Positions 10,465 to 23,577 of a DNA stretch of 64,000 nucleotides are shown here, piece after piece. The stretch comes from Pseudovirgaria hyperparasitica (lineage: Eukaryota). Position numbers and translations under genes: made by a program. The DNA is taken from the NCBI GenBank assembly GCA_010093815.1, contig ML996565.1; one strand, written 5' to 3'. The notes below the pieces were generated by a model, which ran no database searches, was not told the origin of the DNA, and worked only from the letters and a program-made list of their open reading frames with translations. Every line of letters begins with the position of its first letter. Position 1 is the stretch's first letter.

Positions 10465-11927
10465 CTAGGCTGCAGCTGCAGCGGCTTGGGGAGCATTCTC
10501 TACTTGTCCAGCGCCGTAGCCCTTCCATTCAGTCAGGCTGGGGTGCACGCCAACACGTTCCTTGCTCAGCAGATCAACGAGGAGACGATCGGGCTTGTTA
10601 CCCTGTGCGCCGAACACCGCTTGGCCTTGCTTATACTTGGCCACGCTCTCCATGTATCGGTCGAACAGATAAGCCGAGTCAAGTGGTCCTCCCTTGGCTT
10701 CGGGGTGGAACTGGGCAGAGAAGATTGGCCGAGAAGTGTGGATGATTCCTTCGTTTGAAGAGTCGTTCAAGTTGACAAAGTATTCCTTGTATTCCTTTGG
10801 AAGCGTGGTTGCATCGACAGCGTACCCGTGGTTCTGCGAAGTGATATGGCACTTTCCGGTGGTGAGGTCCAGGGCTGGGATGTTGTGTGCGCGGTTGCCA
10901 TACTTCAGTTTGATGGTTTTTGCTCCAGCAGCCAGAGCAAGGAGCTGGTGGCCCATGCAGATCCCCATGATCGGAACTTGGGAGCTGTCAATCAACTTCC
11001 GGAGGTGGTAGACAGTCTCTTGACAATGGGTCGGGTCACCAGGCCCGTTCGAGATGAACACGCCATCAAAGTGGTGAGCTACCTTATGAATAGGGTAGTT
11101 GTATGGGAAGCAAGTAACTGAGGCGCCACGAGACACGAGAGATCGCAAAATGTTCTCCTTCACACCACAGTCGATGAGGGCAACGTGGTATTCTCCATTT
11201 GCAGCATTGACATGGAATGGCGCCTTGGTCGAAACACGGCGGACGAGGTTGATAGCCTCCGGGTCAATATAGGCTTCATCTTCGTCTGCATCATATTCCT
11301 CGCCAACGGAGATACGGGCAAGAGAAGAACCTTGTTCTCGCAGGTAAGTCACGATAGCTCGAGTGTCCACACCAGAGATAGCGGGCACACCCTCACGAGC
11401 ACACCACTCAGCAAGTGACTCAACAGCAGTCCAATGAGAATGACGTTCCGCAAAATCCGCAACTACAACACCGGCAGCTTGAATGTTAGGCGATTCGAAG
11501 TATCGTAGGAGACCATGGCTATCTCGAGCCGCGGACGGGACCCCGTAGTTTCCAATTAATGGCTGGGTGAAGACGAGAATTTGTCCACGGTATGAAGGGT
11601 CAGTCATCGACTCTGGGTATCCGACTAAGGAGGTGGTGAACACGGCTTCGCCCGAGATATTGGACTTGGCTCCAAAGGATTTGCCGTGGTAGATCGGGCC
11701 ATTCTACCAAGTTAAGATACAGTCTAATGTGCGTGTGGATTCTGACATACCTTGATTGTGAAAGTGGCTCGTTCATGGGATACTGCTGTAGGTTTGCGGT
11801 TAGGAACTGGAGGATCTCGTGCAGTATTGTTCTGGATGGTTGCCAAAAACCGAGCATGCGCGCTGCTTGTGAGGGATCGGGGAGCGAAAGCCCTCGTTGA
11901 AGAGGCTTTGAGCATTCCTGAAAACAT
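10465..11927 (-). CDS. CPA1: Arginine-specific carbamoyl-phosphate synthase small subunit (arg-2/CPA1)
   Basis: Exon 11927-11751 (mitochondrial presequence-like), intron 11750-11704, then [51 protein letters not shown] and QFHPE (class I glutamine amidotransferase motifs). Confidence 0.98.
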
Positions 11928-11991
11928 TTTTGACGTGTACTTGGGATGCCGTAGGGATATTTTGTATGGCTTGCTGGTTTTGCTGTGAGGC

Positions 11992-12291
11992 TCAGTTTAC
12001 TGACGCCTTCCACAGGTGATCTGATAGGTATGAGTGAGCGATGGCATCATACACATTCGACAGCGAGTATACCTGAGATGTAGTCCTGTACAAGTAATAA
12101 TTAGCCAATGGGTCCAAAAGAGTGAACATCACAAGTGACGAGAGAATGGACAATGGTTGAGATGAAATTTCAGTATCGCTATCAGTCCAAAGCATTGGCG
12201 GTGTGTAGCGACATAGCGTCGGTTGGCGCGAGATAAGAAAAAACAAGCAGAGGACACGTACCTGGGAAGTGAAGAGGGTCTGAAAGTGCAT
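11992..12291 (-). promoter_or_regulatory. Arginine attenuator peptide (AAP) uORF, 3 exons: MHFQTLFTSQDYISDHLWKASVN*
   Basis: Exons 12291-12262, 12085-12073 and 12020-11992, joined across GTACGT..CAG and GTATAC..CAG introns. Matches the AAP core TSQDY(L/I)SDHLW; the stop ends 64 nt before the CPA1 ATG. Confidence 0.95.
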
Positions 12292-12429
12292 AAAGGCTTC
12301 TTTGCTTGTCCTCAGACTGTTCAGTGTTCGAATTGAAGAGAGCAATCTGTATAGGAGAGTATAGCAGCGGGGCGAGCGGAGGCGGTGAAAACTCTTTGCG
12401 AAGAGATGTGGTTTGGAAGAAGACGAGAC

Positions 12430-12435
12430 GAGTCA
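12430..12435 (-). promoter_or_regulatory. Possible Gcn4/CPC-1 site (TGACTC) upstream of CPA1
   Basis: TGACTC on the minus strand ~140 nt upstream of the uORF ATG; CPA1/arg-2 is a known cross-pathway-control target. Confidence 0.45.
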
Positions 12436-13071
12436 CCCAAGGAGGGCTGCATACATAATTAGCTATTATTTTTTTCGAGCAGCGCGCAGGAGGCGCTGAG
12501 ACGCCCAGCGAATTGGGCTGCCCCAGACCCCCGCCCAGCCCCCATTTAGCAGTGCCCAGAACGCTGGAGCCGGCCTGTTGTCCCCCACCGATGACGCACC
12601 CCCATCATTCGATGCAAAATCTGTCTCCGATCTTTCACCTATGTAAAGATTCTCGCAAGTAATTGGCCTCGATCGTGACAAGCACGACAGCACATCATGT
12701 ATCATGTCATTTTGTACACTACACAGTCAAAATTCCAGTCATTATATCAACGCAACTCAATAGCAAACCTGTCAATTCAAGCAAACTATGTATATGCCAC
12801 GCCGCGCTTCTAGTAGCACAGCTGCCCTGATGATCCCAATGTCATATCGTGATACGACGAGTGGGCCGTCTGGCCTCCGTAGAGATCAATATTATGATAC
12901 AGAAGTCCATGCAAGACAAAACGCCTCCTCATCAAGCCTCTATTTGATACTTGCTCTACCTAGTGTCCAAATGGTATACGCAACTTCCTGGTATATCGTC
13001 ATCATTTTGAAACATAACGCCCCAAACTGCCAATGTGAACGCCTGTTGCAAACCAAAGATCGCTACGTGGA

Positions 13072-14718
13072 TTACCGAGCTTGGCCCACTCCGCCAAACA
13101 CATTCCAGTCGTTAGATTGTGGATGATGTGGTTGTCCTGGACCCGACAGCGTGACTTGCTCGTACCCCGAATTCGACTCGTACGAGAAAGTTCTTTGTGG
13201 TTGGGCTGGTCGATATGTTGCTGATGCTGGAGTTGGATTCGAAGGTAGGCTGTCTGGGTGCGTTGTATTCGAATACACGCCGGTGTAAGGATTTGTTGGT
13301 TGCGCCTGCGCATGAGATAATAATCCTGCATTGTCGTCTTCTCGCCCTTGCAGACCTCCATACGTCCGTTGCTCCTTGTATGATTCGTAGCCCGTGTTAC
13401 TCGGGTGGTATAAGCTGTTGGCAGGCTCCCCATTGCCTGCAAACGTGATGCCTGTGTATTGTGGCTCGCTGCCGTTCAGATTACCGAGATGGGTGCCTTT
13501 TTGGTAACTGACATCGTGATGGCGCTTGCGAGCACCAACAAAGAGCCACCTGAAGCCCCGTCCAGTCGACTTGACGAGATCCCACGGGTTAAATGCGTCC
13601 AGGAGAGCTTTTATGCCCAGTGGGCCGCCCTGATAAGAGCTTTTCGGTGCAGATTCAGAGGTGCCGTCGGTAAAGGTGTCGTCGGTCTTGTGCGATAGGT
13701 CATATTCTTTCCAAGAAAAGGACCAGATATGCAGCACAGCGAACAAAGCCATTTCAATACAAAGCAGCATGCTGGGAATTCCTACTTTGATGTCGGGATA
13801 ATCGATTGTGTCGCTTGGTTTCCAAGCGCCAGAACTGACCAGAAAGTTGATGACAATAGTCTGCCAGAAACTGAAGAAAATGACTAGCTTGATGGACAGG
13901 ATTTTGAGTAACGGTCGATGATCCGCGATGTCCGGTTTCAGCTGGTAGTAAAACTGAATCAAGGCGTACATCGCTATAGTGACTGCAACTCCTTCAAACA
14001 CCATGACCCAGACATGCGCGAATGCTGGATTCAGGGATGATTCGCAATATCGGCCCCCGACTTGAGTGACGACTGAGACGACGGTAAAGAAAACCCGGAT
14101 GAAACAATATTGGAAGACACTGACCCAAATTACCTGCTCATGTCAATATGGAACTGACACAACCGCGAGAAGCTCGACTCACATTGAACCACGTCAGACC
14201 ACTCTTCGGGACACGGAATGGCCCTTTCTCTTGCCCTCCAGTGCACTTTTGAACCCATGTCAAAGGAAATAGCCAGTTCTTGGGTGTAATCGACCGGAAA
14301 TACTCCTTCTGATCGTGTAGATTTGGGGCTAGGTAGTTGCACAGCAGGGCGAAAAAGCTGGCTATGGCAAATGCTTCATAACAGTCTCGAAGCACCTCGA
14401 AGTATATCGCATGTCGATAGAACAGGTATGAAAGGAACGATACGGTCGCGTAGATAGGTATCATGAACAGAATGCGGATTATACTATAGTTTGGTCAGTA
14501 AAAGCTATCAAGCCACACATTTGAGCTACATACTGTCTTTGCTCGGTTGGTACGGAGTAATGCCAGGCATGTTGCATCATGAGCCATAGTGCTACCACAA
14601 CGGCTATCAAACCAAAGACGGCGGAAACAATCAAGCCAATGTGGTGAAATTTTACTGAGTTGAACAGCGGTGTCTCCTCGATTATTTCATCGGTCAAAGT
14701 TGTGTTGCATGTTGGCAT
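13072..14718 (-). CDS. OST-alpha/TMEM184 (DUF300) family membrane protein
   Basis: Spliced pieces: HAWHYSVPTEQR, IRILFMIPIYA...RDCYEAFAIASFF, VFQYCFIR, LKILSIKLVIFFSFWQ, LLCIEMALFAVLH. Confidence 0.92.
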
Positions 14719-16529
14719 GATGGCATGTGTGAGCTGAGAGCTCCGTTTGCTTCGCGGTGAAAGATGAAGACAGGTGGTGTGGTTGATACTTTGGTATCGC
14801 TGGTATTCGTCTTATTTTTTTCTGTCTGGAATCCTGCCTGAAGAAGTCTTTCGTCAGTCACACAGTGTAGTAAGAGAACAAAGAAGGGTCCCAGGTCCTA
14901 TACGTACTGTGTTCGTAGGCGCACAGGAGACAATGGCTCAGCTAGAATGCAATAATGTAGATATGCGATCCTGCGCGACAGACTTCAAAGCGAAAAAACA
15001 GACAAAAAGAACCAGCAGACGATGTCGCAAGAAGAAGAAACGTGGATGGGTGGTCGTGTTTGAGAGGAACAGGTATACCTAGTCAGCGCTTCGCACAGCC
15101 CCTCGAGAGGCTGCGCAATGATCTCAGTCTGCTGGACGGCGGGAATGCGGCAACCAATTGATCCTTGGGATGCGACGCGATGCGCGGCAGTTTGCCACAA
15201 CACGTGTGCAGCAATCACATTCAAAGGTGCAAAGATCACCGGCAATCTTTTCACCGACACCTACGTATATTTATAGGGCTGCATTGAAGGACAATGGAAA
15301 TTGATGGTCCTACCCTGCATCCCGGCTCCAGGATTTGATGCTGCCAAGAAACGCCACCCAAAGCTTCCCTGCGCTTCGGAGTGTGCCCGAGCTGAAACGT
15401 GCTGCTTGGCTTCTGACTTCAAGATTTCTTGGAAAAGGCTTCGACCGTGAGAGTTTTCTACATCATCAGAATTTCAGCTAGCCTATCAACTTCCATTATC
15501 ACACTGCAATCCAGGGCTATCGATCTTTATTGGCGCGCTCTCCCACTACACAGCTTACGGGCCTCTGCTTACCCCGACACGCAGATTAGTGCTGAAAATA
15601 GCTCAATCAAGACCCCATACACTGCTTGGCACTCATGTCTACTTTCAAAGAGCGGCTCTTCTGTCACTCAATATATCTTTCTCTGAAGCACTCCGTACGA
15701 GCATATCACGAAGTCAGTAATACCGGGTGTAGACCAAAATCTATCTGAGAAAATTATAATTAGCTTGGTATATGCGAGCAGATTCCAGGTCAACATATCC
15801 GGATCTATCTACAAATGATTTTTTCCAGGATACATGCTACAGCCAAACATCAGTACGGTCCCCTCTGGCCCGGAACAGATACCTAGAGAGCGAACAAATA
15901 CAGGACGTTCATCAGGCGTGCTTTAAACACGATTACGGTCTAACTGACGACCTGTCGTTCAGCACCAAGGGAACTTATTATATCCTACTGTACTCAATCC
16001 CACGTAACAGACACTCAAGGCTTGTTCCAGATCGTTCTGTGATGTGCTGAATTCTGCAGTGAATATTCGGGACTTGGTCATATGAGCCGCCTCTGGCAAC
16101 AATCTTGCTCCACTTCGGATATGACGTTTCGAACGCAAACGCACGCCAGATGGCACTCATAGCCAAGGATCTTAGCTGCCCCTAATCTGAAAATCTATTT
16201 GCAAGGAAGATCTACACTTGTGTGCACGTCTAAGAGAATGAGCAAAGTTATAGAATTCACACAGCTTACATTACTATATGACCACCAGGAGCTTTACTCG
16301 GCAACATGTCCATTGGTGGTATTCCAGACGCTTGGCTTGTGCATGTGCACATCATAGATTCGCGCAGAGGCTCTTGGACGATGAGGCGTATTCAATGCGC
16401 CTTCAAGATTACAAACAATTCTTTGGTACGACTGTTGTAGACAGGTAACAATGCATACGACATTCCAGACTACTGACTGCAAGATGTACTCCACAGACCA
16501 TTACAACGAGAAATCACCCAGTCAATGTA

Positions 16530-18340
16530 CTATTCCTCTGACCTTGTAGCTTCGACTTCTGGCTTCTTCCGCTTCCTAAACTCCAGCACGCCTTCCTGTT
16601 TTGGAAAGATGAATTCATGGGCTGCAACATTGGCAGGCCTCTCAGTGCCCACCGGAAGCCTCCAGTCATAGTCCATAAGAAGTCTTACCAATATGGTCTT
16701 GATCTCCAGGCTTGCGAAGAATCTGCCGGGGCAAGCGAACTTGCCCTTGCCGAAATTCAAGATGTTTTCCTCAGTCGTTGCGAACTGGTGTAGGTGTCCC
16801 TGACCTTCTTGCGATCGTAGATCGAAATACCTCCAGGGTTGGAATTCTTCTGGGTCTGGCGTAACTAAAGGATCGTTCTGGATGGCATTAACTGGCATGG
16901 TAATATGAGCTCCCTTCGGAAGAACCATTCCGTCTGAGAGTATATGGTCGCGTTGCATGATACGGTGGTATGAGAGGAGTGTAGGCGGGTTGTGTCGTTG
17001 AGATTCCCGCATCAACGAATCAAGGCGTTTTAGCTTGTAGAAGCTGGTCTTATCCCAGCTCATACAATCGCCTTTCTCTTTGACAACAGAATCAATCTCT
17101 TCAAGAAGAATTGGTATACACTCCGGATGAGCGGCTAGATCATACAGCACATGGACAGCATTCATCTGAGACGTGTGGATTGATGCAAGCGATATAACGA
17201 CTTCAAGGTGTGCCAGATCTTGCGGTTTGGATTCAGCCTCGGACGCTATTTCGATCATCCAGGATAGCAATGACATCTGCTTCTCTGTTTGGTAGCCTTT
17301 ACGCCAGGCAGCTTGACGCTCTTTGATTTCCGGTGTCAACAACCGCTTGGCTCGACGTATGTAGTTATTTGCGCGCCACACTGAGGGAAGGAACCAGGAG
17401 ACAATGCCGTGGAGAAACCGTGGGAACATCCGAAGGATTACCAAGGATATGAAGGCTGATGTCTACAATCAATAATCTGCCTTCATGCTTAGGATTCGAT
17501 CTATACCTACTGTTCTCTGTGAACTCAGTCGAAATCTCGAGCCATTCTTCGCTGCGACACAGTGGGACCCCTAGAAAGACCCGTGCACTGACACGGGCGA
17601 CAAGCCGAAGAATGCTATGATAAGGTTTTATTTGCACCCATTCCCCTGAGTCTGTAAGAATGAGCTCAGTGTAATGACTAGCGATGTCTTACCATTGCTT
17701 TCAGGTATCTCCATATTGATTGCATATTCCAGTTCTTCCTGCATAGGACGAGCCAGTCTATTCAGATTCGGAGTGAGTTTCTCCTGTAGAGTTCTGAAGT
17801 GGAGATTATTTTTCAGAATGATATTCATGTTAGTGTGACTTCCCGATAAATTGAACGCATGGGCCGCTGTTGGACTGGCAATGTCTATAGGGAGGGAGCG
17901 CAACTCTTTGACATATCTCGGCGGAAGAACCAGCATATCCACGTCAGCTCTGGTGAATTTCCAGATACGGTTGGGAAACTGATAAAGTCAGCCTATAGTA
18001 TCTAAGTAGTCTGTGTGCATGAACGGACTTTCTTATAGCCGCCGTTCAAGATTTCGGCTGCTCTTCTGAAAAAGTTCCAAGAGGACCAAATCTGCGGCTC
18101 CCATGCCGAACGGACACTGTAGAGAGGGACTTCATTATCGTTGGCTGAGATCGTCACAACGGAACTGAGGCTCGTAATCCCTATGATCAGTAAAACAGCA
18201 ATTGTTGCAACCTGATATGGGTGTTCAAGTGCGTATTGTACTCCTAGTCTTAAAGGCTTTTGTAGAGACTCGATTTTGACAGCGTCTGGAATCCTACTGA
18301 AGAGATATGGTGCGTAGCCTACTGCTTTAGGGTGATCCAT
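16530..18340 (-). CDS. Cytochrome P450, CYP503/ent-kaurene oxidase-like (terpenoid-oxidising clan)
   Basis: 4 exons. ARVSARVFLG..LCRSEEWL; I-helix SLASIHTS; LDSLMRESQR (ExxR); heme motif FGKGKFACPGRFFAS. N-terminal VRSAWEP and KLTPNL..MQEELEYA segments parallel the gibberellin-pathway P450-4. Confidence 0.93.
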
Positions 18341-18461
18341 CTCGACAAGCTTAACAGAAGGTAAGGAATGCGTACTACAGGATTCGGAGCCTAAATGCTC
18401 AGGTGTAGTATATCACGATCAAGATCCTATACTAAAGTTGTAAATCAGATACTTGATATCT

Positions 18462-18478
18462 CGGTCACAATCTGACCG
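18462..18478. promoter_or_regulatory. Palindrome CGGTCA-N5-TGACCG (CGG-N11-CCG), candidate Zn2Cys6 site
   Basis: Perfect 6-bp arms ~120 nt upstream of the P450 ATG, in the divergent P450/GST promoter. Confidence 0.45.
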
Positions 18479-19519
18479 GCAGTAGGCCCTAAGGGTGTGA
18501 CAGTATCAATATCAGGAGTTTCAATCAAGAGTCTGATCTGACCAGGTCATTGATGTCACCTTCCTCCCCAGACCTACCCGTATTCCCAACATCCAATGGC
18601 TACCTGGTAGTTACAAAGAAGAGCTGTTTAGCCCATGCTCTGATAGCAGCATTTGTGGCTGCACTTCTACACGTTCTATTGGTGCGCTCCCCACGTTTAT
18701 GGCAGCAAGTGTAGGTCAATGGACAGAGATTGCGTACTGCGACTAGGTGCTTGCATGCGTAAAGCATATATCAAACACGGAGACTGGTTACGCTTCGCCA
18801 ATCCACTGCGGCCATAGTCCCTGCGAAGAGCTGGGTTCCACGTTCGGACTTCATTCCGTATCTACATAGCAGATGCCTTATACTCCAGGTCTGTCGTTCA
18901 TGCTGACTGCATTTCTTGATCGACAGGCTTATCTCGTCAACCTCGCAGCTGTGAAAGCGGGTGGTTTATCCCGCCTTGGCACGCGGAGAGGTAAGCTCCT
19001 GTAGCTGTTGTGAAACCTCGCCTACATGCCAAAGGTTCACGTATCCATGGGTCTTTAACAGGGGTTCATACATGCCCCGGAATCAGAGGAAATATGTGCG
19101 CGAGTCAGCTGTAAATACGCGCAACAGAGAGCAATTTGGTCACCGGTCACGCCTATCCATCATTCATAGCCCGTGTTCTTTCGTATACAGAGACACTCGC
19201 GTGAGGCCGTTGTACCACCTGCAACTTGCTTGTTTGAAGTGTTGTGAAACAATCACTCGGCGTGTAAAAACGAAAGTGGCACAGTACCGCCACACCGGTC
19301 ACTTGGTATCCTGACTCGGTATGGCCTCGCGACCACCTCGTACCTAGTTCGTCGAGGTAAGGGCGATCATGGCCGTGGATCAATGGATACCGTTAGCCGT
19401 ATGCTCAAGTCGTGCACTTTGAAGCCTTATGACCTCAATCGCTCGAAGCTCCCTGAATACTCGAACTCTGTGGTCAGACTGTCATCAATTTCTGTTCGCG
19501 ACTTATCTCAAAGCTCGAT

Positions 19520-20390
19520 ATGGCTAAGAATCTCATTCTCTACAATGCTGGTTAGTACTCGTTCTAAAGTGACATAGATGGTGCTAATCTCAGCTTCCGA
19601 ACAATAGAAGGAGGGCCCAATCCGTTCAAGGTAGGATCATGCAAAGAGTAAATTTCTCGATACTCAACATTGTCATGCAGGTGATGATTATTCTCGAAGA
19701 ATTGGGAGTACCGTACGAAGAGTCATTCGTACCCTATAGTGAATTGAAGAAAGAGAAGTACGAGAGCATCAACCCTAATGGTCGTGTGCCATCTTTGGTC
19801 GATCCCAACACGGGCCTGACTATCTGGGAATCTGGTGCGATCTGTGAGTATCTTCTGGAAACCTACGACAAGGATTTCAAAATCTCCCATCCAGAGAGCC
19901 CGGAGAAGTGGGCCGAGAAACAATGGCTATTCTACCAGGTCTCAGGCCAAGGTCCTTATTGGGGACAAGCTGCATGGTGAGTGTCGGACTTCTTTCACTT
20001 CGAGTATATCTAAGCAGGTCTCACAGGTTCAACATATACCATCCGGAGAAGATTCGCTCAGTACAGGACCGTTACATGAACGAAACGAAACGTATCATTG
20101 CTGTGATCGACAAGCATCTCGCATCCAGACCAGAAGGTTCGACTTCGCATCCTGTTCTCGTTGGGGACAAAGTGACCTATGCGGACCTTTTCTTTGTCAT
20201 GTGGCACAATTCGCTCCCTTACATATTCATGGGCTTCCCAGATGAGTTCAACGAAGATGACTACCCTGCACATAAGAAGTGGCTCGCGGGCTTGAAAGAG
20301 CGAGATTCAGTAAAGAAGGCATGCAAGGCTCAGATGGAGGCTATCACTGCTGCCCAAGCGAAGGCTAAAGCAAAGACTGACGCTGAGTGA
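19520..20390 (+). CDS. Glutathione S-transferase (Ure2p/GstA-like)
   Basis: Spliced MAKNLILYNAEGGPNPFKVMIILEELG...INPNGRVP...IWESGAI...QWLFYQVSGQGPYWGQ...VGDKVTYADL; 3 introns. Confidence 0.95.
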
Positions 20391-20714
20391 AGCGGTACGC
20401 TTATGTCCTTCTATTATGGGTGTCCTTGGAAGCTAAGAATATATTGGCAATTGCACTTGTTGGTCATGAAATGCAGTTGCGAAGCTAGAAAGACATTCTT
20501 GACTCTCAAAGGGGGACTTTAAGCTTGCGTTATATAGTTTACCGGACCTCTGGTATCACTCATAGCTTCTACGTACCGAAATTCATACTTGACAATGGTC
20601 ATAAGATATCCATGACGAGCATCCTGTCTGCACAGATCAATGGTGTATGATTCAATTTATCAAGCCACCTATGCAACCTTTAATTCTTTCACTAAGATAC
20701 GAAAAGTGTTTAGC

Positions 20715-22644
20715 CTAAAATAGCCTCAAGCCAGAATCCGGTTGATCGACTAAATGTGTTCTTGCATATTCGCGCCATATGACGCAAACATCATGCACAC
20801 TGCTAGGTACTGTCTGTTGCTCGATCTGTTTCTTGCCATAAGCGATGTTGACGTACATGCCTAGCGCCAGATGCGTGAAAATGTGGCAGTGGAATGGCCA
20901 GATTCCTGGATTATCCAACCGAAATTGAATGACCAGATAGCTTGGCGTGATGGTTCCGTTCAGCATGTTATTAGTGCTGTATGCTGCCAACATCTGATGA
21001 GTATCCCGTCGAAGTGGATTATCTGTCCGTACGGACCCATTCCAGGTTCCAATACCTTCTGCCAGTATCGAGAAATCGTGGCCATGCAAATGCATAGGAT
21101 GTGGACGTGGCCAAAAGTTACGCATGACGATTCTCAAAGACGTGTTGTAGCTGAAGTCGTCAAGAACAGATTGCGGAGGAGCTTGAGCTAAGCTGAAGAC
21201 CGGATCTGCAGCCTGCTCTAGTAACGCATTGTTGAAGTCAGCACGAAATGTTCGATTGTTAGTAAAAAATAACCTGGTGCCAGTAGCGTTGGCCCCGAAG
21301 GTAAAGTCGTAGTGCTGCGTGTAGGAAGGCGTAGTCTCTGGGCTATCATGTTCGAAGGGGGTTGCCTTGTTCAATTCGGTCTTGTTACATCAGCGATAAG
21401 TCGACTGTCACTTACAGGGTAGCTTACAGTGTTACATGCATTGAGAGTGCGGTTTGTCGGTGTACTCGAGGGCTCAACACTACAATCTGCACCTTCGTAG
21501 TATATGGCAGCAAGTGCGAAAGGCTGTTTGACTGTAGAACAACTTCTGTCTGCGGTTGCACGCATCCAATAGCTGTCCCCAGGCTCCCCAGTACCATTGA
21601 CTAGCACTTCTACTCTCTGACCTGGCGATAGGCTGACAACATCCGTAACAAACGGATCGACTTGAACGAAGTCAAGAGCGACAACTGTCAACATGTGTCC
21701 GTCAATAGAAAAGTGTTCGAAAGGCTCTGCACCTGAGTTCACTATACGAAGTAAATGAATCTTTCCGCTGCGAAATCGGTCGAAGGTCGAAACTTTCACT
21801 GCCGAAGAACACGTGAGATTTGTTTTCGAGCAATCGAATGGCCTGGTTACAATTATTCGCTGGACGTGTCCCCATGGAGAATGACAACATACATCTTGCC
21901 ATTTATCAGATTATTATCGCTTTGAACAACTCTCGCCTGCATTGTCGCGTCGATTAATTCACGGTAATCTCTATGATATCGCTCACTCTGTCTTCGATCA
22001 GATATGGGATTAGAAGGATAAACCTGGCTTACTATCATGACAAGACCTATATCTATATCGTAATCGAAGTTTGAAGGTCCGTCAATAATTATACCTCCAA
22101 ATAAACCACCAACCAACTGTCCTGAGAAATGAGAGTGCCACCAGCTACTTCCTACCCGATCTGCTATAAAGCGGTAGGTGAAAGACTCTCCAGGAGGAAT
22201 TGGACACATGGATACTGAGGGTACACCATCCATGAATATGGAGTCCTTTTGAAGGAGACCATGCCAATGAATAGCTGTGCCCGTCTCCGGGCCTGTAATG
22301 CGATTGTTGACTTTGACTACAAAGACATCACCTAGGTTTGCTCGTATCGTTGGTCCAGGAAAATGACCATTCACTAGCAGGAGGCTAGCGTTGACGCCAT
22401 CTGGTGCGGCATATTCACGGGTAATGTTGAACGTATAGTGACGCTCACGCGCATGGTGATTGTTGGTGCGGGTATCCTGTGAGCTTTTCTGACGATAGTC
22501 GACGAGTGTTCTGGAAGTCTCTGACACCCCAGCCAAATTTAAGACCGGTGGAGGGTGGAGCAAGACATCTGATGCCAAAGTTTCTCGGGGCGAATCTCTC
22601 AAAGCTGCACTTAGAGTGAACAACAGCAAATAGGCAAACTTCAT
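20715..22644 (-). CDS. Secreted laccase / multicopper oxidase (AA1)
   Basis: Signal-peptide-like MKFAYLLLFTLSAA; copper motifs HWHG, WWHSH, HPMHLHGH and HCHIFTHLALGM; ascomycete C-terminal DSGL followed by RLF; splices in frame across 3 introns. Confidence 0.95.
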
Positions 22645-23577
22645 CCTGCAGGGGAGTTGTAGCGATGACCAAAACATTCTATGAAAAGAGGCAGAGGAAA
22701 GACATGCAGTCTTGTAGCGGCTGAGGTACAACAGTAACACATGATTGGATGGACGGCTTAAAGCCAGGGGAACCTTTGAATCCATGCCACTGACCTCTAT
22801 TTGGTTGTACAAGGAGCGGGGATCTCTCCTGATTCAGTATGATCACCTCCTATTGCGTACCCGACCATGACTTCTAAACGTAAAAGCAAGACCAGCATAC
22901 CTGTTGGTTCATTCATGCACACAAATTTAGGCTCCCCTGATCGAACCCTTGTTGTATTTTCCCTCGAGCATTTTGCTACTGTCATTGTACTTGTCATCCA
23001 AACTCGTACCGACCGCCTTCCACAAAATACTCAGCTTGGATATGGTCGGAAAAAATCATGGAACTTGTGAAATTCCTGTTCATATACATGTCCATACACT
23101 TCGCAACATCAAGCGGGTGAAATTATTCCGTCACAACACGCGAGTGCGCTGACAGCCTGGCAATGGACAGGCCTCATCGGCCAGAGCGTGAACATCCCAC
23201 GCCGATCCCAAGCCATTCCAACATTCGGCGAGAAAGTCCAGAGGCGATGATAAGCTGCAGTACGAAGTGCTGGAAGGTATCAGCAACCTATCACCGCTAG
23301 CCAGGGCTTTGTTGGACCCGGGGTATTCCGAAGCTCGTCAGAGTACCTATTTTAAGAGAGTAAACCATAGACTTGATCGAGAGAAACGAGGAAACCGTTG
23401 TCATATGTCCCTCGAGCTCGTAAAGACGCGCAAGGTAGTTTCCTGGGATGAGAAACCCGGGTCCAGGGCAGTATGATATAGCCCCTGATGCGCTCAGCTT
23501 TATATGCTCCGTCTCAGCTTTCGTAGCTTGCTCATTATGACAAAACTTTGTTAATTACAACCGTTGAAGATTTCGCT

